Shown: piece after piece, positions 13,594 to 27,549 of the stretch | How positions within the stretch are numbered: position 1 is the first letter of the stretch | Layout: every line of letters starts with the position of its first letter | NCBI GenBank assembly: GCA_028534125.1 | Contig: CM052817.1 | Span: forward strand, 47,246,001-47,310,000 | DNA length: 64,000 bases | Direction: 5' to 3' | DNA from: Lama glama | Taxonomy: Eukaryota | Notes under the pieces: generated by a model | Databases searched by the model: none | What the model was told of the DNA's origin: nothing | What the model saw: only the letters and a program-made list of their open reading frames with translations | Made by a program: the position numbers and the translations under genes

Positions 13594-14429
13594 GAGTTAA
13601 GATCTTTCTTGACCACTCTCCATTTCTACCTCACTCTGAAACCTAACATAGTATGTTGTACTGCAGTAAAATTATGTGTGAAGCCAACTTTCTCCTCTAC
13701 CAGTTTAGAAACATCTCAAGTGGAAGAAGGAATTTTTTCTTACTCACCTTTCTATTCTTAGAACCTAGAAGAGTGCCTGGCCCTTAAGAACACTCAGTAA
13801 ACTCTTGTGGAATGAATGAATAAATAGTGGTATTTTTGGTTTCAATGACTGAACTACCTCAATTTCACCTGATTGGCAGTTTTTGTGAATCACTTTAACA
13901 CAGCCTGGCTGAAGTATAAAAATGCCAGGATGCTAGACCAATGATTAGGAGACAGGAGAGGGGGTGCACAGCAATTTTAGTAACAGAATCATGTTTTAAT
14001 TTGTCCTTTTCTCATAAGCAAGTTTCATTCAAGAGTGTCCCAATTGTGAAACAAATGGGTCAGTTATGAGGTTACACAGAAGAATAAATAATCTTTTCAG
14101 TAATGTCAAGAAATATATTTATATTTTCACCATCAATTTTGTTACCTATGATACACTAATATTAATTTGCTATCCTAAAATATATTAAACTATCTAATCT
14201 TTTAGAGTTTAAGTAATGGCTTTATGCCATTATCACATCTAATCTTTAAAAAATATATTGAAATTTAAGAACTAATTATCAGGGAAATTAAGGGTCTTGA
14301 TCATGGTGACACAGCTAGAAGGAGGCAAACCTGAATCTAAATATTATCACTTCAGACTATTCTTTCCATCATGTCATAGAAGCAAGACCCAAAGAGACTC
14401 AAAGATGAATTAGTCATAAACTATCCAAG

Positions 14430-14870
14430 AAGTTTTTAGTCCACATAATAATTGAGCATGATCTAAGGTAGAAATTGGAAGTACCAACAGAGAAATACAA
14501 GTGACTTGCAATAGGAGGGTAAAGGAATAAAAGCTGATTTCTGCCTAGGGTGAGGGGAAAAGTTTTCACTGATTGGTGAATGAATGAGACTTTTAGGATG
14601 CCAAGGATTTGGACATTTGGATGGTGGGGGAAGAAAATTTTAAGTTGAAGAAAGCGCATAAGCAAGGCCAGAGCTTGTGTTGAGAACCATGGAACAGCAA
14701 GTCGCTTAGTTTGGCAGGATCCTGAGTGGGTGTAGTGCACAATATGGTCAGAAAGGTCAGCTGGGGCCAGATTATAAAGGAAATTGAATTCCAGACTAAG
14801 GCATTCAAATTATTATGAAGACAGTGATCACTGAGGGTGGACACTTTCTGAGTGGACCATTGAAATTACT
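14430..14870 (-). mobile_element. L2 fragment
   Basis: Purine-rich L2-like motifs (ggggccagattataaagg, caaggccagagcttgtgttgagaac). Confidence 0.55.
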
Positions 14871-15659
14871 GAACAGGGGGAATGATATGCTTGGACTGTG
14901 GCCACTGAACTTGTATCCCCCATTTTTATCAAATCAAATATATGTGCACCTGGTTTTTTGGCTGATGTCAGGAAATCCTTTGATATTTCCCCAGGGTAAT
15001 ATTTTCCTTGTACACCTCAGAAAGGGAAACTGAAGATCCTATGAGCATTTCCAAGAAATGGGCTGTCCCAGGGCAGTGAGCCCTGACTTCTGCCCGACAA
15101 AACAGGTCTGCTTTGAGCCGGGTGTGCGCTGCACACATTCAATTGATAGCAATGGGAAAAGCAGATATTCCATCTGCCAACAATCAAACACATAAAATCA
15201 CACAGGAATGTACAGTATGCTGGTTTGAACTACATAGGCGTTTGCCTCAACCAGAGAGAAAAGACCTGCCCATTTATGTCCCCTGGTAAGGACATTAGTG
15301 AGGAAAAGCTTTGATGTTTAAGCAATCATATAATTGACTCTACTGTTGGATCCAGAAGTCCAGGGTTGGTTTCAGGAATGAACACTGAACATTTTTAATG
15401 GCACCATGAATAAACAGAGGCGTGTGGTGAAAAATCTGAAGTAGATAGACTATTATCTGTAAAATATTCTGATTATGCAGATTTTAAGCTCTGCCTTTTA
15501 AAATTTATGTTGCCAGTGTTGCTACATTTAAGTTTTAGGATCTGGATCCCTGGGAATCTAAAAATCAGCATAGATCAAGTGTAATTGTGTAAGTTTTGTA
15601 CAAGGTAGATGGAAAGTATTGAGATGACTGAAGGAGGACACATGTGTCCTTGGATTTTA

Positions 15660-16000
15660 CGGTTAGAATTGGAGCCAATTTCTCATCCTTTTACTTCACC
15701 CCATGTATCCACTGAATTTTCACAGCCCTATCAATTCATCTTTGATAAAACTACAACCGTCTGCTCTTTCCTGTTGCCAGTTTACTCCAGGAATTCATCA
15801 CCTTCTTCCTGGGTTAGTGTCATAGTTTCCTAACTGATTTTCCTGCCTCCAGTCTCTTCTTTCTCCTCTCTAACCTGCACACAATTTTTAACTCTATCCC
15901 ACATGCAACCACTCCAAACTAGCATTTTAAAAATACTACTCTTGCTCTGTTACTTGTCTGTTCATACCACCTGATGCTTCCTCGTTGCCTGCTGTACAGC
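15660..16000 (+). mobile_element. L2 fragment
   Basis: L2-like tcctaactgattttcctgcctccagtctc in a pyrimidine-rich context. Confidence 0.55.
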
Positions 16001-16559
16001 TGGGCGTTCAGTGTACTTTAGGTGAAAGCACAGCAAGTGGCTGATACTCTTCCATCCCAGTGCCTCCCAACACACCCCCTGCACTGCGCTGCAATTTTCA
16101 CATTTTTCTGGGATGTCTTCCCTCCCATCTTATCTTTTGGTTAATACGCTCTTTCCTCTAACGTTCCTCTTTGTCAGCTTAAATCTCAACTTTTCCACGG
16201 TTACTCCAGTTCTTACTGGTTTCTAAGTTTTCAGAATGCCTTTCCACATTTATGTCTGAACTTGAAACTCTAGCACTAAATTATGGACTATCTTACTTGG
16301 TTATTAAACCATATTACATCTGAGTCTTGTCCCCTAAAGCACTTTTTTGTGCTATTAAGTCAAGGATCATTTGTGGTTCCACTTTTGTTACCTCCAGTGT
16401 TCAGCAGCTTTATAGAGTGACTTCAAAATAAATGCGTTAAAAAAGAATTGAATAGAAGAGCATTGGATTATTTTCTCACAGACAATACAAATAAATGATA
16501 AAAAAAAAGTTTGGCTAACTTACCCCACACCAAATATGATTTAAAAAAATTAAATAAAT

Positions 16560-16800
16560 AGTAATAGCTAACAATAAAGTTACTGTTTATTTTGTCCCAG
16601 GCCTGCTCTTATGAACATTTGATATGTAATTTTATTTAATCTCTTCAGCAACCTTGTGAAGTAGATACTAATATTATTCTTATTGTATAGAGAAGGACAT
16701 TGAGACTTACTGGGGTTAAGAAACCTGTGCAAAGTCACACAGCTGGTAAATGATGTTTAAGCTCATGCCGTTCAACTTTGAAAACCATATTCTTAATTAC
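16560..16800 (-). mobile_element. MIR SINE
   Basis: tttaatctcttcagcaaccttgtgaagtagatact...ggttaagaaacctgtgcaaagtcacacagct. Confidence 0.7.
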
Positions 16801-16804
16801 TCCT

Positions 16805-16994
16805 TGCTATGGTCTGAATGTTTGTGTTCCCTCAAAATTCCGATGTTGAAATTCTAACCCCCAAAAGTGATAGTATCAGGAGGCGGGGCTGTTGGGAATG
16901 AACAAGGCTCAGAACTGTGGGAAATAAATTTCTGTTGCTTGTAAGTCACCCAGTCTTTTGGATTTTGGTACAGCAGCCCAAACACACTAAGACA
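16805..16994 (+). mobile_element. ERVL-MaLR solo LTR (MLT1A/MST-like), internally deleted
   Basis: tgctatggtctgaatgtttgtg start, agaactgtgggaaataaatttctgttg, ctaagaca end; 5-bp TSD ctcct / ctgct. Confidence 0.85.
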
Positions 16995-19541
16995 CTGCTG
17001 TAGTCTAGAGAGGCATCGGCTCTCCATCTGTTGTTTATTAATATAAATACGTATTTTATGGTAAAATATGATTAATATTTTACCCAGCTAAAATGTGAGA
17101 TGATTGGTACCAGAATGAAAAAAACAGTTATACTCATATAAAGAAAAATTGGAAATGACTTTACAGGAAACAAATATATTCTGTGATTGGGATGGAAAAA
17201 AGACATAGAATAATGGCAAGAAACATTAATACAAGCAAGTCAGTTAAGCATTATGATTTATATTTTCTAGCCTGAACATATATTGCATTATTATTTATAA
17301 CCAATAACCATTATTTTCAACAACAAGAATTGACTATTGTTCCTCTAACTTGAGCCATAATTTGGCTTTCACTGGAATTTTTGTTTAGTTTGAAGTCTAA
17401 TACCTGAAATAAATTGTAAAGATAATAAAGTTTAGGAAAAAAACTTGTGAATTTAGAATTATTTCTCTAAAGCCATATTGTAGAATTTTATAGGAATCAA
17501 GACTGTCCAGCTGGTATAAATTTTCAGTGAAATAAGAGGAAAATGGATATTCTTCCAGCAGGAGGGTTTCAGGCAATAAATATTGTCAGTTTGGGAACAA
17601 ACAGCCTTCTGATGAGAGTTATGATTACATAATATCAAAGTTTAATGTATTATGTTTTATATGAATGTTATTAAAGAAACTTAGTGGGAGCTCCACCCTT
17701 CCCTTGGGACTGTCTGCACGGTCCTTCCATAACAGAGACATTTGGAAAGTGGTTAGGGGTGGTGACCAAAAGCTCCTCAAGACATCAGTCATCTCTGTGG
17801 ATGGGCTCCGGGCTGAAGGCTCTCAGACAGGAAGCAGGGCACTAGTGGGCGTCCAGAGTGGGGGAGTGAGCAGAAAAAGGAAAAACTGTTCTTCTACTCT
17901 GGTTAAAAGACTCTATGCAACTCTGAGTCGTTTCAGATGAAGATTACCTCTACCAGCAAGGCCACATGAAGAGCCTAATTTAAAACAGCACCTTAGAAGT
18001 CGAATGCTCTGGAACCAGTGGTGGCAACGACTGGTGAATAATCCGTTTATTAAATAATCCACTCAAAAATAGCTTTTATCCCACACCCTTATACAACAGG
18101 CACCATGCTAGGCATGGAGGTTATTGGCCTTCAAGGAGGTCAGCATGGTTTTGAACCAATAATTTGTAAAAGAGAAGTGGGTTATGAATGAATACAGGTC
18201 TGATTGTAGGGTCTTAGAATTACCATGGCAGGGCGGGGAGCAGGGGGTGGCATGTGGTGGACAGAAATAAGTGCAGCAAGTTTGCTTGACAAAATTTTCC
18301 TTCATCTCTCCGAACTCATTCTAGACATTTCAAGGGAAAAGTAAAGGTGCTTAGTCACCTAGTTCAGTATAGACAGGAGTCATTGAGTCCCAATGGCCAG
18401 GGGAGCTGTGGCTTGAGCCAAGATCAGTTCTAGACCTGAGGCTCATCAGAGACCCTGCAGTTGGCAGTGAGTTCTCATCCTGGAAAAACAGAATTGGGGC
18501 TGAGGATAAAATCTACAATATATCTCATCTGGGCCATCACGTCACAAAGGATGAGATTGCTTATTAAATACTTCAGTGAAACTACTTTCCCTAAGATAAA
18601 TTAGTAAGACAGAGAAGGAGGTAAGTCCAGGCCATTCTCAGATTTTAAGAATTGATTTACTTCCTATTCTGTCCTTTCATTACATCATCTTGATTCCAGC
18701 CCTCTGCTAAATTTCATAAAACTGAACCATTAAAAAACAAAAAACAAAAAACAAAAGCTTTGTTTCTTCCACCAAAATGGGACAGAGAAGAATGGCCAGA
18801 TTCCTAATCAAAACAGATATCCTAGATAACTTCTCTGGGAAGGGAGTTTTTGTAGCACCTTTAGGGAAGAGGTGATTGGAATAATTATAATCATGAAGGA
18901 GCCACCGCTTAGTCACTGCTTGCTGTGTGCCAGGCACAGTACTAGATATCGTTCATATTTGTCTCAAGATATATTTTAAGGGCATAGATCTTAGATTCTA
19001 GTTACAGATTTTCCAGCCTCCCTGCTTTGGCTTAAGCCATTCTGTCTGTTTAGAATCTCTTTTACTCTCAAAACCATCTGGGAAAATCCATTCATCTTTC
19101 AAAACTCACAAATTGTTATATACTTGAAGAATTTTCTAACTTTCCCCATTCTGAGAAAACTGCTCTTTTGTTCTCTTAACCTCTGTAGTAGGTATTATAT
19201 TTTTCACATAGAACCTACTTTTTGCCTTATGTTACAGTGTAAAGCTCACAAGCCATGGGTCTGGGGTCCTTACTGTAAGGTAAACTACTTCAGAATAGAA
19301 ACCACACTTCCTTAAAGTTTTTTTCTTTCCCAGGTAGTGTCTGTCAAGGTTTTCTCCATATACCTCTTGCACCGCAATCATTAGGTGAGTCCATTGAAAG
19401 TCTTGATTACGGGTACCCAACTCAGCATTGCTAAAAATAATCTTAGGGAGGTAGAACTTTAATTTTAAACCAGCATCTTAAGTGATGTGTTCACTAAACT
19501 TGTGTTCATTAAAGTTTGAGAATCTCTGTCTTGGCATAAAA

Positions 19542-19744
19542 CAGTGGTTCCTAACTGGAAGTCATTTTGCCCCCAAAGGGACATTTGGCAATATCTAGAA
19601 ACATTTTCGCTCATCACAGCTGGGACAGGGATGGGTGTCAAGAGGTAGAAGCCAGGGATACTGTCTGACATCCTCCAATGCACAGGACTGTCTCCCGCCC
19701 TACAAAATTATCCAGCCCAGAACGTCAGTGGTGCTGAAACCCTG
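19542..19744 (+). mobile_element. MER20 hAT non-autonomous DNA transposon
   Basis: cagtggttcctaac...ttttgccccc...gggacatttggcaat...gaaaccctg; 8-bp TSD gcataaaa / gcatagag. Confidence 0.85.
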
Positions 19745-22034
19745 GCATAGAGCAAAAAGTATCATGTGTAGGTAGGCGATCAGTAAACGTTTCCTGAATA
19801 AGTGAGTTTGTGGTGAAGTGGGTAGAGAAGAGCAAATCTGAGTGCTCTTTCTGAGGGATCAGCTGCACTTCTTCTGGGACATGCCTGGTGGGGCTGCTTT
19901 GCAGCTTTGTAACCTGCCTAGTTGTGTGGGGTCACGGAGGCCGAGGGCCTCCTAAATCCTATCCACTCCAGTGACTATACATCACACGTAGCAACCTGCA
20001 AGGGAAACAGTCTTAGTTTTTAAATGTTTACATCATAGTAATTTTCTCCTTTTGGTCCTTTACATGGTTTCTGAGATTTTAAAACCACCTAGTATGTATT
20101 CCTTTAGGCGATCCCAGTGTTCCTGGGATAGGAGGTAGCTTGATTCTCTGTATTACAGGCAAGCCAACTCGAAGTAGTGCTGTGATTTGCTGGCAGTCAT
20201 GCAGCGAGCCAGTACCCTCCTCAGGATTAGAACACACACACCATAAAGCCAGATTGCCTCCCAAACACCATTTTGATAACTTTGTCCTTCATTTGAAAAT
20301 AGCAGTATGTGCTTGAAATGTCAGTGTTTTTTTTTTTTGACTGCTCGATTCTAAATGAATCATCATCCATTATAACAACACAGCATTTTCTCTGTCTGGA
20401 GAGAGGATGTGTTTAGATTGTCTCTATAGAAGAAATCAAAGATCAGCTTATTTTGACATTGGTCAGTTTGGAACCTTATAGCCAATGATCTTAGTTTGGG
20501 GGTTATTTTTAAACATAGGCCATGTAGAACTTTTGGCTTTGCTGTATTAATATAATAAGCAAAGTATTTGTTTCATAAGAATAAACTCCTAGAGATTATT
20601 ATTTATGTGTGTATATACATGTATAATTCTATAATATTGAGATAAAAGATACAAAAAGTAAACATAATATTTCAATAAAGTCATTTCTGACTCTTCTAGC
20701 AAAATTTCTCCCTTTTGATTTTTGGGTTGAATAGTTCCCAGCTAGGGCTGCTCTGTGTTGAGGTTCTCTGGCATTTGGATAACACTTTGACTATGTAGCA
20801 TCAACAAAGAAAAGAATGAGGATTCAATTACAGTTTTCCATCTTAAGATACATTTTTATTTTTAAGGATACTTATTTATGCAGGAACTTTTTAGGATATA
20901 ACTAAAATGTTATAACACGTTATAGATTCCTCCACAAGTTCTATAAAGAATCTGGTCACAGACTATGTTATTTTCCTCTTTTTTTAATATTTGAGAAATT
21001 CAGTCCTAGTCTGTTCAGGTCAGAAGTAAAAATGAGTTTAAAGGACTGGAAAGTATTTAATAGCATATAAAAACATTTTTCTTGGGTGGTCTGCCTGTAA
21101 CTCATCTTTTTTTATTTTTCTTCTCCTTATCGCCTATATTTTCAAGCATGTTTCAGTATCAGACAAGTGAATTAAGAGAAAATAACTTCTTTAAAAAATC
21201 TATCCAAAGAAAGGAGACATACAAAGGCTAATTAATTAGTGTGTTTTACATTTTCTCTTCAGCGTTTAGTATGAGGCTAACTCTCACTGCTGTCTAATAA
21301 AATGAACCAAGAGTGAAAAGTTCAAATATTAGGCTTTCCTGTGGAGCTGGTTTCATGAGGTCCTGAGAGCCAACATCAGCGGAGTGACAGAAGAGTGTTC
21401 ATGTTTCTGTCTCGTCTGTGGTGGACTGCTGAGATGGCTACCAGAGGCAAATAAAACTCCCAAACCAAAACGTAACCTGCCCCTCAGAAGTTCAGTGACC
21501 TCAGGTGAAAGAACTTCGCCTCTAGTCTCTAATAACTTCCTCTGCCTTTCACCAACCCATCTCCCCAGATTGCCTCCTTAAAGCTAAACAAACAAAATGG
21601 CAAAACTCCAGACATCTCAACAAAAGGCATTTTGTGTTCTACCCAACTGTTGTGTACAATATATGAAAGTCGTAGTCATGGTAGAAGGAAACTTACATTA
21701 AATTAACATTCCTCAAAACAACTTAAAATCAGTGGATGTGTTTTCCTCCAGAGAAATCCATAATTAGCTTGGCTTCTGCACAGCAGAAAATAACAGAGTA
21801 TCATAGACAGTTTTTTGAGTTGACTGTAGTTCAGATCAAGGTCCACATACGCTGTAATCTCTGTAGTGGCAAGTAACTATCAGGGAGCTACTAAGCCATT
21901 TCGCAGTTTAAGTGGTCCACACCAGAATTTCCAAATAGATTCGAACAAGTGTTCATTTCTCATGAGGCACCCTGAAATAACCAGTAGACAAAGTTAAAGT
22001 AACAGTTTAGAGATTTAAGCCTGTGTCTGCAGAA

Positions 22035-22233
22035 TAAGGCTGCCAGATAAAATACAGGGCACCTAGTTACATTTATATTTCAGAGAAGCAATGAATTTTT
22101 CTTTTAGTATAAACATTTCCCAAATATTGCATAGGACATACTAAAAAAAGTATTTGTTGTTTATCTGAAATTCGAACTTAACTAAGTGTTCTCTATTTTT
22201 ATTTTTTATTTGCTAAGTCCTAAGGCAACCTTG
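22035..22233. mobile_element. MER53-like palindromic MITE
   Basis: aggctgccagataaaatacagg...ggcaaccttg termini; internal ttcagagaagcaa / ttgtttatctgaa inverted symmetry. Confidence 0.75.
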
Positions 22234-22759
22234 CCTAAGAAGACAATTCAGATTTTAATTTTAGAAATCCTGTTATTAAACACTAAATAGTTGGACATAT
22301 ATGTATATATAATACATGTAAATATATATATATAAATTTAATTTTAGAAACGAAGCAAGGCGTATGAAATGTAAGAAACTGAGTAACAGTGCTAGGAGGC
22401 ACATCTATGCAGAGATAGCTAATGAATAATAATAATAAAAAAAAGTTGTCAGGTTTTCCTAAACCTGACACATACCGTAACATGTCCCACATACAAGTTG
22501 TCCCTCTTGGTCCATAAGTATGATGTTTTGGGTCTTTGACAGTCACCTGTCATGAGATTATTCGATAGAACTGAATATTAAATTTACCTTTGATACCATC
22601 AAGTTAGTTGATCCAAATTTGACCAAAGCAGAATCATTTGCTATCTGCAACTAAATAATTGTTCTCAGAAGATCTGTAGGTCCCAGGGTAACATTTTCTT
22701 TCTATCAGTTCTCAATGAACATAGTTTTGTGGTTAATACAGGATTTTGCTTCAGTTACT

Positions 22760-22935
22760 AGTTCTACCATATGTTTTTGTTGCATGAATTGAATAGATTA
22801 TTTAAACTCTCTAAGCCTCAGTTTCTTCATTTATAGAATGAAAGTAAAACCCTAACTCTCCATAAGCTGTTGAGAGAATAAGCTATTAAGTGAGATAATG
22901 TAATTAAAATAGTGGCTGATACTGATAAATTGCTA
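22760..22935 (+). mobile_element. MIR SINE
   Basis: ctctctaagcctcagtttcttcatttatagaatg core. Confidence 0.7.
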
Positions 22936-24360
22936 AGCTACAGATTCCCCGGATGCTGGGAGCTGTTCTGTCCTGTTCATGCCACAGTATCAGCGCCAAG
23001 CACAGTGCATGGGACATGAGGGGAGCTCACGGGTTTTACAGACGACTACTGCTATAAATAACTACTAGTAGAGGCAGTCCTAGTAACTCACTGGAGTACT
23101 CGATAAAACCAGATTTTTAATATTTTAAAAGAAACAACTTCTCTTTGTGAATTTCTGGAGGTTTGGGGTTTGGGGAAGTATAGAAGCAAATTTTTAAAAC
23201 AGATATATTTTATTTTTTAAAAAATCACCAGTAAGACTCGAGTTACCCCACTATAAAATAAGTACCAACCTAGGGAGTGGTATTGTGAGGTCATCTTAAA
23301 CTTGAACGTAGATGCTGCAGATTGGGTGTTTTGTGTTTGTTCACTAGCAAAAGTTTATATTTTTCTGCATTATGCCTTTGAGAAATCAGAGTAATAATTA
23401 CATAAGCATAGATTTTGATCAAACTGTGGGCATGCCTCATATGATGCTGTTTAAGACTGAATAATATAACATTCAGGAAACAGTCTGAAATATTCTTCTT
23501 GTCCTGTCTAGGTTTTGATCACACTCCATGAGTTGAGAAGGGTTGTAGCTTTTTTTGAGGAAAAGGATATCCCAATCTATGATTTTACCTGGGTGGGAGA
23601 TGAGGAAATTTTAACACGAAGGGGAGAGGACCCTCCATTCTGTAAGATTAAGAGTTGCAAGATCAGACTTGGAGACATGAAAATGTCCAACAAACAACCA
23701 GCATGGAGGCTAAAGCTGGTGGAGGTTAATCTGGTAACTGCCATGTAAAAGCTGCTTAAGATCTTGATGTGTATTTAATTCCTATAAAAATCAGGAATTA
23801 GTCATGTGATACACTGAAAATTGTACTTCTGTTGTCCCTTTAGCAGTCAATGAAATTTTGCAGAACACTGTATTACTAGACACATTTGAAAAATGTAACC
23901 AAGGGATCCGTGTCCCTGAGAAGGCATCCCCAAGAATCAAGTTATGAAATAATGTGATGTGACCTTCAAGAGCTCTGAAACAGAGGTTGGGAGCCCAGAT
24001 GGCTGGCAGAACTGAAAAGAGACCACCAGGATGGATTTGTAGAATGTCTAAGAGTTCCTCAGAGATTTCCAGAAATCGTTTGGGAAGAGGAACTCAATAC
24101 AAAAGTGCACCTCCTAAAATCGATTTGGAAATTACCAGAAATGTAACCTTATTTTACATTACAAGGTGAAATCGGGGGGCACAGGGACAGCATGATGTTC
24201 ATCTTGGCAGCCAGAAAGCTTAGAGCTGAAAGTATTGCTTAATTATAATGATATTCTCACCTAGAATTTCTAAAGTCATTAGAAACTACTAGCAAGAGAA
24301 ATCGAAGTACAACATCTTTTCTTCTCTTAAATGGTGTGTGACCTCTCTTTTAACCTTTAT

Positions 24361-24492
24361 TATTATTTTTTGGGGGGAGGGAGGTTATTAGTTTTATTTG
24401 TTTTTATTTATTTTTTTAATGGAAGTACTGGGGATTGAACCCAGGACCTTGCGCATGCTAGGCAGACACTCTACCACTGAGCTATACCCTCC
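24361..24492 (-). mobile_element. Camelid tRNA-derived SINE (Vic-1 type)
   Basis: Reverse strand reads GGAGGGTATAGCTCAGTGGTAGAGTG...GGTCCTGGGTTCAATCCCCAG (Pol III A and B boxes) with an A-rich tail; TSD ttaacctttat / ttaatctttat. Confidence 0.9.
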
Positions 24493-25092
24493 TTCTTAAT
24501 CTTTATTGTTGTAAAAATGTTTTGTGTGTATACTAAGGGGATCTGATTTGAGCATAAACTTAGCTTTAGATGTGCCTAGGCATGTGCTATGAACCGGGGG
24601 CAGCCTGCCAGCAGTCTGCGCAGACGAGTGACTAGGCAGGCTCCTGGGCAAGATGGAGGCACTCGCAAGCTGGGCCCCAAAATAGAGCAATAGAGTTGGA
24701 GAGGCGGAGTGACTCTGGGTAGAGTCACTTTGTCACCTGTATTAGTTACTGGTTCTACCTCCATGGACCTACGTCTAGGTCGTCTGGGGAGAAATATAAG
24801 TAAAACCAAGAAAAAAAGTTGTTTTTATTAAAACTCATGCAGAAAAAGAGGCAGCATTGCTTTAGTTCTCTCCTAAAAAACATTAGATTCCCCCTACCTT
24901 GGCCCTTCAAGAGTTCCAGAACATTCACCACAGTGTCCCCTGGGAGACAGTGGTCCTTTGTGGGAGATGGCTTTGGAGTCTGGCCGCAGAGACTAATGTA
25001 TGAAGAAGTAAAAAGCAGCTACAGGAGTGCCTGGCAGGTAGCGAAACACAGACGAAACAGCAGCTAAACGGAGCAACTCTCCATGTGAGAAG

Positions 25093-25539
25093 TGGCAGGA
25101 CCCTCTCCTTGATTAAACTTTAGTCAGCCTCCTCTAAGCCATCTAGGTCTGAACTTTGGCATCTGTCCTTGTAGGGCCTGCAATACCCAATTGTAGTGAG
25201 AATCTGGTTAAGTCAGTTTTACAAGAATCCTCACCCTCAATATTTGATCACCCCAGATGTCTGATCAAATTCTTTATATCCCAACCTTACATCTGATCAC
25301 CCTGGCCTGCCTTCAGCAATGATCTTGTCAAGTTGATTTAGCCAGAATCCCTCCTTACCTCTGATGTTTCCTCTTAGTAATTTTTCATCCACTGACCCCC
25401 ATCCTGCTCCTTGGCTATAAATCCCCCTTGTCCATGAAGTATTCAGAATTGATCCCAGTTCTATACTGAGGTCTCTTTTCCCCCATTGGAATAAAAGCTG
25501 CTTTTACTGTTTCTGTCTGGCACTGGTTTTCTTTATGAA
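25093..25539 (+). mobile_element. MER31-type ERV1 solo LTR
   Basis: ctctccttgattaaactttagtcag start, repeated tctgatca motifs, ggctataaat TATA near 25415, aataaa near 25490. Confidence 0.8.
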
Positions 25540-25975
25540 AATTGATATTTGGTAGACCTGGTACCAAGAAGATCTGGTATCAACTAGATCTGGGCAGTAC
25601 CCAGCATAGAGGGTGACAGTACCTGGCAGTATTGATGTTACCCATGTGATCAGCAGTACCAGCAGAGGCAAGAGTGCATTCTGAGTGTGTGATGGGACAG
25701 GTGACTGCATAGTTGGTGAGCACATTTGACTTCAGCTGATGAGTTGCAGAAGATGGGGAAGGAATCTTTCTGAGTAACTGGAATAAGAGCCAAAGAAATA
25801 TAGATTATATTTAATTCTCATAATATCAGCAATAGTCATTATAAATAAAATATTGTGCAGTTTTAAATATTCATATCCTTCTATTACAATTAATAAAAAC
25901 TAAGGCTTAGAAAAGCTACCTCACCTTGTAGTAGGCAGAACTGGGACAGAAATGCAAGTGTTCTGATACATTTTC

Positions 25976-27111
25976 TTTTCTTTTCATTGTTTTCAATTGA
26001 AGTATAGTCAGTTACAGTGTGTCAATTTCTGGTGTACAGCATAATGTTTGAGTCATACATATACATAGGTATAATTGTTTTCATATTCTTTTTCATTATA
26101 CGTTACTACAAGATATTGAATATAGTTCCCTGTGCTGTATAGAAGAAATTTGTTTTTTATCTATTTTATATATTTAATTAGTATTTGTACATCTTGAACT
26201 CCCAATTTTTCCCTTCCCACCCCTTTCTCCCTGGTAACCATAAGTTTATCTACTATGTCTGTGAGTCTGTTTTTGTTTTGTAAATAAGTTCATGAGGTCT
26301 TCTTTTTCCTTTTCTTGTTCTGTTTTTTTTTTTTTAGGTTCCACATATGAGTGATATCATATGGTATTTTTCTTTCTCTTTGTGGCTCACTTCACTTAGA
26401 ATGATGATCTCCAGATCCATCCATGTTGCTGCAAAGGGCATTATTTTATTCTTTTTATGACTGAGTAGTATTCCATTGTATAAATATACCACAACTTCTT
26501 TATCAAGTCATCTATCCATGGACATTTATGTTGTTTCTATGTCTTGGCTATTGTATACAGTGCTGCTATGAACATTGGGATGCATGTATCTTTTCGAATT
26601 TGAGTTCCCTCTGGATATTTGCCTAGGAATGGGATTCCTGGGTCATATGGTAAGTCTATTCCTAGTCTTTTGAGGAATCTCCATACTGTTTTCCACAATT
26701 GCTGCACCAAACTGCATTCCCACCAACAGTGTAGGAGGGTTCCCTTTTCTCCACAGCCTCTCCAGCATTTGACATTAGTGAACTTTTGAATGAAGGCCAT
26801 TCTGACTGGTGTGAGGTGATACCTCATTGTAGTTTTGATTTGCATTTCTCTGGTAACTACTGATATTGAGCATGTTTTCATGTGCCTATTGGCCATTTGT
26901 ATGTCTTTATTAGAGAATTGCTTGTGTAGGTCTTCTGTGCATTTTTGGACTGGGTTGTTTTTTTTTTAATTATTAAGTTGTATGATCTGTTTATACATTC
27001 TGGAAATTAAACCTTTGTCAGTCACATCATTTGCAAATATGTACCCTCATTCTATAGGTTGTTGTTTTGTTTTGCTTATGGTTTCCTTTGCTGTACAAAA
27101 GCTAAAAAATA
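25976..27111 (-). mobile_element. 5'-truncated L1 (ORF2 C-terminus and 3'UTR)
   Basis: ORF 26537..26896 gives [18 protein letters not shown] (ORF2 Cys-rich domain); perfect 15-bp TSD ttctgatacattttc at 25961-25975 and 27112-27126. Confidence 0.95.
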
Positions 27112-27394
27112 TTCTGATACATTTTCAATGCTTGTTCTACTAAACTACAGCTATCCCTCATTTAAGATATTTCCTATACAGATTTTGATGCATACATCCT
27201 TTAAAACAATTAGATGATGCATGAATTAATAAATTTCTCATTTTTCATATGTCAGGTGGAATATATTTCGTACCTTCCTGGAATTCACTCATTAAAATTT
27301 AAAATTGAATTTATTCTTTAAAATGCATTGTATTTTATTCAGTAAAAAAATGCTTCCCCCATCTTTATTGGAAGAGAAATTTAGCTAAATTTAT

Positions 27395-27549
27395 TTATTT
27401 ATTTGTAAAATTTTTTTGGAGGAGGAGGTAATTTGGTTTGTTTGTTTGTTTGTTTATTATTTATTTTTTAAATGGAGATACCAGAGTTTGAACCCAGGAC
27501 CTTGTGCATGCTAAACATTGCACTCTACCACTGAGCTAACCCGCCCCCT
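27395..27549 (-). mobile_element. Camelid tRNA-derived SINE (Vic-1 type)
   Basis: gaacccaggaccttgtgcatgct...ctctaccactgagct; flanked by agaaattta repeats. Confidence 0.9.

Noticed and set aside
23512..23748. 77-aa ORF after a pyrimidine-rich acceptor-like site
   Set aside because: No recognisable homology and no supporting neighbouring exons.
24420..24492. tRNA-like sequences (also near 27480, 31880 and 44945)
   Set aside because: They carry A-rich tails and flanking duplications, so they are SINE heads rather than tRNA genes.
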